64,000 nt of DNA from Planctomycetota bacterium (lineage in GTDB: Bacteria; Planctomycetota; PLA2; JAEUHO01): NCBI GenBank assembly GCA_965222115.1, contig CBDCTJ010000007.1, positions 2,080,001 to 2,144,000 of the forward strand, written 5' to 3'. Position numbers and translations under genes: made by a program. Below the pieces are notes generated by a model. The model did no database searches. It was not told the DNA's origin and worked only from the letters and a program-made list of their open reading frames with translations. This document shows, one piece after another, positions 59,611 through 64,000 of this stretch (position 1 is its first letter; each line of letters opens with the position of its first letter).

Positions 59611-62600
59611 ATGGACCATGCCACGGCATCGGACCTTTTGGCGGACCACACCGATTTCGTGCGTGCGGTGGCGCGTGCCATCGTGCGTGATGCACATCTG
59701 GCGGAAGACGTTGCGCAAGAGACGTTTGTGGCTGCGATGCGCAGGGCTCCCAAGCGGCATGACGCGAAGCGATCCTGGCTAGCAAGCATCGCTCGACATC
59801 GGGCCATCGATACACTTCGTGCACGGCGTGCCGCGTTTGATCGCGAACTTCAGGTTGGGTCTCGTGCCAATCGACCCACGTTGCAAGCCAGCCTTCGTCG
59901 AGCAGAAATCGGGCGGCAACTCGCGGAAGCCTTGTTGGCGCTCGAAGCGCGCTATCGCGATGTCATTGTGCTTCGCTACTACGAGGATCTCCCGCCCCGT
60001 GTCATTGCTAAGCGCCTAAACGTGCCGGTCGAAACGGTTCGAACGCGGCATCGACGAGGACTGGATCACTTGCGGACTGAATTCGAGCGCATGCACGGCA
60101 ACGATCGATCACGCGCGATGGGTGCCCTCGCAAGCTTGGGTTGGTTCGCTCGATCGGCCTCGGTCGTGGGGCGTGTAGGGCAATGGGTTGCGTCTCACGC
60201 TAGCGTGGGGGTTGTTGCGACTCTAGTGGTCGTTCCTCTCATTATTGTGGCTGTTCTTTCGAGACCTCAAGATTCTGGCCCAAGGCGTATCACCGTGGAT
60301 AGCGCTAAGGATGGGACCCATATCGTCAACAACGACGCATCCGAAACGCCGACCCGATTGACAACCCAAGGCCATGTCGCGATCGATTCATCCGTCCTCA
60401 AACGACGTTCGTCGCCACTTGTGAGAGACCATCACGTCGGTCGCGTTCTTGAAGGTGTTGTACGAAGTGTGGACGGGGTGCCCCTATCCGGAGCTCACGT
60501 ACGACTTCTCGCTAGCTCGAATGACGGGCCGATGGGCGGTACCATGCCGATCCCGGGGCGCACCGATCGCCATGCAGGCATTCGCGCGGAAGCGAAGACG
60601 AACGTTGCCGGCGAGTACTCACTTCCGGACGTGCCCGCGGGCCACTACTCTCTCGCTGTGACGAAACGCGGGTTCGTCGGTCAACGAGCTCGAATCGGCA
60701 TCGCGCCTACACAACGAATACTACGTCCTATTGATATGGCGCTCGTGCCCTCGCATGCACGTCGTGGCGTGCTTCGAGATGCGGCGGGCAACCCGGTCGA
60801 AGGGGCGCGCGTATCGTGTCGATCGCTCAACGTATTGCCCATGGGCGCTGAGAGCGGCGAAACGGTTGTTCACGAAACCGATGAAGCCGGACACTTCGTG
60901 TTTGAGCAAATTCGCGGCGCGACCAAGGTAGCCCTCTTTGTTGTGGCGCCCGGATTTCCCCCCACATCCTTCCAGGTCAACCACAATACGGAGTTCGTAA
61001 TCAATCGCGGCGTCGAGCGTGTGGTTCGCTTCATCGAACGAGATGGGGGCCAACCTGTAGTCAACGCGGATGTCTACATGACGCTCATGGACACGGTGCT
61101 CGGTCGAGAACGCACGAGGACGATCTATGTTCAGGGTAAAACAAATCTGCGAGGGGAACTCTCGTTTAGGTGCGCCCGATCCGACGTTGTGTCGGTCACG
61201 CTCAATCACGCGCATCGCGGTACGTTCGCCTATGCACCCATGACACCGCTGGGCATCACGTCTGGCGGACTGACGCCTATCTCACCATTGGCGTTGACAC
61301 CCGAGCGCGATGCCGTCACGTTCTCCGTCGCGCCGTCCATCGAGTTGACGGGTCGAGTACTCACACCGAAAGGGTCGTCGACGAAGAATGCACGCGTGTT
61401 CTTCCGCGATGGGCCCTTTCAAGAACGAGTGATTGCCGTCGACGCTGATGGTCGGTTTCGCACGCGGTTCGCATCTTCCACGACGCCGATCGGGACACGG
61501 TTGATCTGGGCAACATCGCCGGGGCAGCGCACTTCTGCGATCAATGTTGACCGCATCGTGGAGGACCGTGCGAAGACGTCACGTCACGTGGATCTACAGC
61601 TAGGGCCCGCATTGTCATTGCGTGGCCGTCTGGTGGACGAGCAATCCACCCCGATCTCGGGCGCAACCATCGAAGTGCGGCAGATTCATGGCGCTGTACA
61701 GATGCTGGGCAGCGCGCCGGGTCGAGGCGTTAGCGATGACAAAGGCGCATTTGTCATACCCGATTTCATGCACAAAGACGCGGCCGTACTTCTGCGCGTT
61801 GATCACTCCGACTATCCGGTCTTGGAAGAATCGTCATTCTTGTCCATGGCTGATGCGCGATCGCGAGTGCAGACCATCGTCCTGCGCCGCGGGGCCCCGT
61901 GTGTCCTTCACGTCGTGGATCATCTGGGAGATCCCGTTCCGTACTGCCACGTCGCTTGGCAACCTCAAGAGTTGGCAGCGTCCGGACATCCCAATCCTCC
62001 ATCGGGCGAGCAAGCTGTCACAGCGAGTCAGTTGGGCACCGTGACGCTTTCCCGCCTTGCGCCTGGCAAACACACGTTCTCGTTGACGCACGAGCGGCAC
62101 GGCACCACTACCGTGCAAGCGATCGTACCGACGTACAGCGACGGTGAAGAACACCATATCCACCTACGAATGAAGCCGGGGCTACGGAGAAGCGGCGTTG
62201 TGATGTCTCGAGGCGAGCCTGTACGTGGTGCGCGTGTGTCCGTTTCGCGAGAGTCAAGCGACATTACAGATATCATCGCGTTGGTGATGGGGCGAGAGCC
62301 GCTCTCCGGCGTCGTGACGGGCGTTGACGGTGTCTTTGATCTTCCCGTAGTTGCCGATGACGCGCGGCTCGTGGTCCGTCACCGAGGCTATTACCACGAG
62401 ACGCTGAACCTTCGAGACGTTCCTGGCGATGTGCGTATTGAACTTCGACCGCTAAGCGATTCCGATCGAGAGCGCGTCGCGGAACTCGAACGCAAGCGAG
62501 CGGCACTCATGAAACAACTTGCTCCCACCCGTCCCAAGGAGAGTGTCAGCTTCGCCACAATGGCGCGCGTGGCGGCGATCACTCGTGACGTATTGAAAAT

Positions 62601-62616
62601 TTATGCTCGCAAGTAA
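59611..62616 (+). CDS. ECF sigma-70 factor fused to a TM helix and repeated carboxypeptidase-regulatory-like domains
   Basis: AEDVAQETF, SWLASIARHRA, RYRDVIVLRYYEDL, ETVRTR.RRGL; TM; repeats DGVPLSGA, GNPVEGA, STPISGA, GEPVRGA. Confidence 0.9.
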   Translation: MDHATASDLLADHTDFVRAVARAIVRDAHLAEDVAQETFVAAMRRAPKRHDAKRSWLASIARHRAIDTLRARRAAFDRELQVGSRANRPTLQASLRRAEIGRQLAEALLALEARYRDVIVLRYYEDLPPRVIAKRLNVPVETVRTRHRRGLDHLRTEFERMHGNDRSRAMGALASLGWFARSASVVGRVGQWVASHASVGVVATLVVVPLIIVAVLSRPQDSGPRRITVDSAKDGTHIVNNDASETPTRLTTQGHVAIDSSVLKRRSSPLVRDHHVGRVLEGVVRSVDGVPLSGAHVRLLASSNDGPMGGTMPIPGRTDRHAGIRAEAKTNVAGEYSLPDVPAGHYSLAVTKRGFVGQRARIGIAPTQRILRPIDMALVPSHARRGVLRDAAGNPVEGARVSCRSLNVLPMGAESGETVVHETDEAGHFVFEQIRGATKVALFVVAPGFPPTSFQVNHNTEFVINRGVERVVRFIERDGGQPVVNADVYMTLMDTVLGRERTRTIYVQGKTNLRGELSFRCARSDVVSVTLNHAHRGTFAYAPMTPLGITSGGLTPISPLALTPERDAVTFSVAPSIELTGRVLTPKGSSTKNARVFFRDGPFQERVIAVDADGRFRTRFASSTTPIGTRLIWATSPGQRTSAINVDRIVEDRAKTSRHVDLQLGPALSLRGRLVDEQSTPISGATIEVRQIHGAVQMLGSAPGRGVSDDKGAFVIPDFMHKDAAVLLRVDHSDYPVLEESSFLSMADARSRVQTIVLRRGAPCVLHVVDHLGDPVPYCHVAWQPQELAASGHPNPPSGEQAVTASQLGTVTLSRLAPGKHTFSLTHERHGTTTVQAIVPTYSDGEEHHIHLRMKPGLRRSGVVMSRGEPVRGARVSVSRESSDITDIIALVMGREPLSGVVTGVDGVFDLPVVADDARLVVRHRGYYHETLNLRDVPGDVRIELRPLSDSDRERVAELERKRAALMKQLAPTRPKESVSFATMARVAAITRDVLKIYARK

Positions 62617-62624
62617 GGCAGGGC

Positions 62625-63374
62625 TTAGGTCACTTGGTCATCGGATTGAACCGCGAGTGGTTCGTGCAATGTGCGCGGCAAACCTATGTCGATTTCAATT
62701 ACCCGGCCGACTGCATTCGGATTCGCCGAAAAGCCCCGTTTAGGCGCAGCCATCGTCGCGGTCACATCTGCGTGGATGCAGCGAGGAACTTCGTGGCCCG
62801 TATCCGCCAGCATGCCCGAAGGGATATCGACCGACACTACAGTCGTTTCGCATGCATTGATCGCGTCGATCCAGTCGATCCACGGCGACGTCAGTTCGCG
62901 ATCGCGCAGTCCTACGCCGAATAGGGCGTCCACGATCAGGGTGGGGGAAACGGAGATGAGCTCTGCTACGCGTTCTGGCCGGTCATGGACGTGCTCGACG
63001 GAGGCTTGTTCGTTGCAGAGTAGAAATTCAGTCAAGGCGTCCCCGGAAGGGGGTGGCTCCTTGGCGAGGCAGAGCACACGAGGTCGCCAGCCCCAGCTCC
63101 GGAGGAATCGAGCGGCTCCATAGCCATCGCCACCATTGTTGCCAGGCCCACAGAGCACCAGAACCGGGTCCCTCGGTCGAGCCAGCATGGAAACGACTTC
63201 GGCAATGCCTCTTGAGGCGTGTTCCATCAGGACCAGGCTGGGAATCCCGTGGATCTCGCTGGCCTGGGCGTCGAGTCTTTGGGCCTCTGCTCGCGAGATG
63301 GCGCGATGGGCTGGGTAGCCCAGTGGGATGCTGCGAGACAATTTGTGTAGGTTTTGGATCGACTTTCCAGCCAT
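62625..63374 (-). CDS. nnrE: NAD(P)H-hydrate epimerase (stand-alone YjeF_N)
   Basis: LMEHAS, CGPGNNGGDG..AAR, VDALFGVG, SVDIPSG, DIGLP. Confidence 0.93.
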   Translation of the reverse strand: MAGKSIQNLHKLSRSIPLGYPAHRAISRAEAQRLDAQASEIHGIPSLVLMEHASRGIAEVVSMLARPRDPVLVLCGPGNNGGDGYGAARFLRSWGWRPRVLCLAKEPPPSGDALTEFLLCNEQASVEHVHDRPERVAELISVSPTLIVDALFGVGLRDRELTSPWIDWIDAINACETTVVSVDIPSGMLADTGHEVPRCIHADVTATMAAPKRGFSANPNAVGRVIEIDIGLPRTLHEPLAVQSDDQVT

Positions 63375-63544
63375 AAACGCTCCCACCCCAACTGGAACCG
63401 GGGCCGTACCAGAGTACGCTTAGGAACGCTTCGCGGGACTCCGCACACGTGCGACCTAACCTTGAGAATGGCCCTCGATTTTTCGGCGATTTTTTCGCTG
63501 GGAAAAGCGTAGGAACCCTCCTCCGGCCCGGTACATTCCCCCGC

Positions 63545-63964
63545 CGCTCCACTGGAGCGCAAGAGCTTTTTTAACGGCCTGTCGATTCCTCTTCTTCGTT
63601 CATTGAAGAGCATGTGGAACGGCAGGTCGCGTACGTTCGGGCACGTCCCGTGCGTTACGTTCTCTGACAGTTTGAGATGGTCCCGAGACGTGGGAAGGCG
63701 AAGGCCTTTTCACGCTCGTATTCCTCGTAACTCTTGTGAGTCCTCATGATCGCCTGTTCGCAGGCAAGCCATGCAGGTTTAGGTTTCTGCGTTTTTCCGT
63801 GCGTTCGCGTGCGGCGAAACTACGGCTTCACCGCCCGATGAGACCGGAGTTACGAGACACGTGAAATAGTCTTGCAAAATCAAAAATTTAGGACACGACC
63901 GTTCATGGGCTTCGGCCGATGACGATTCGCGATTTCGGTCGCGTGACCGCAGCATCTGTTGCGG
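63545..63964 (+). ncRNA. Candidate structured RNA or long 5' leader (unassigned)
   Basis: No convincing ORF; eight or more hairpins, four with TTCG loops; long-range stem CTCGTAACTC/GAGTTACGAG. Confidence 0.4.
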
Positions 63965-64000
63965 AAAAGACCACGTGTCCACCAGTTTCATAACCATGAA

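Overview
GC-rich core-chromosome window, most likely from a Planctomycetota bacterium (inferred from ECF sigma factors with long membrane-anchored C-terminal extensions, many carboxypeptidase-regulatory-like proteins and a membrane-anchored HTH protein). Recognisable genes: murB (partial), pyk, fbaA, yidC, radC, nrdR, smc, queA, queG, rpmI-rplT-pheS-pheT, yciH, nnrE, plus SDRs, an acyl-CoA dehydrogenase, a histidine kinase, a Ser/Thr kinase, an L,D-transpeptidase and a 6S RNA after pheT. No rRNA, tRNA, CRISPR-Cas, integrase or transposase was seen. Best leads: (1) a GT2 glycosyltransferase resembling the vertebrate queuosine galactosyltransferase QTGAL, translationally coupled to queA-queG, a candidate bacterial glycosyl-queuosine tRNA pathway; (2) an intact but apparently catalytically dead NrdD-like protein behind nrdR and two tandem NrdR boxes; (3) a dispersed composite repeat family; (4) a roughly 420-nt hairpin-dense non-coding region at the right end; (5) a shared P-x-L-x-[GSA] motif after the TM helix of several membrane-anchored proteins. 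All family assignments come from motif recognition by eye; no searches were run.
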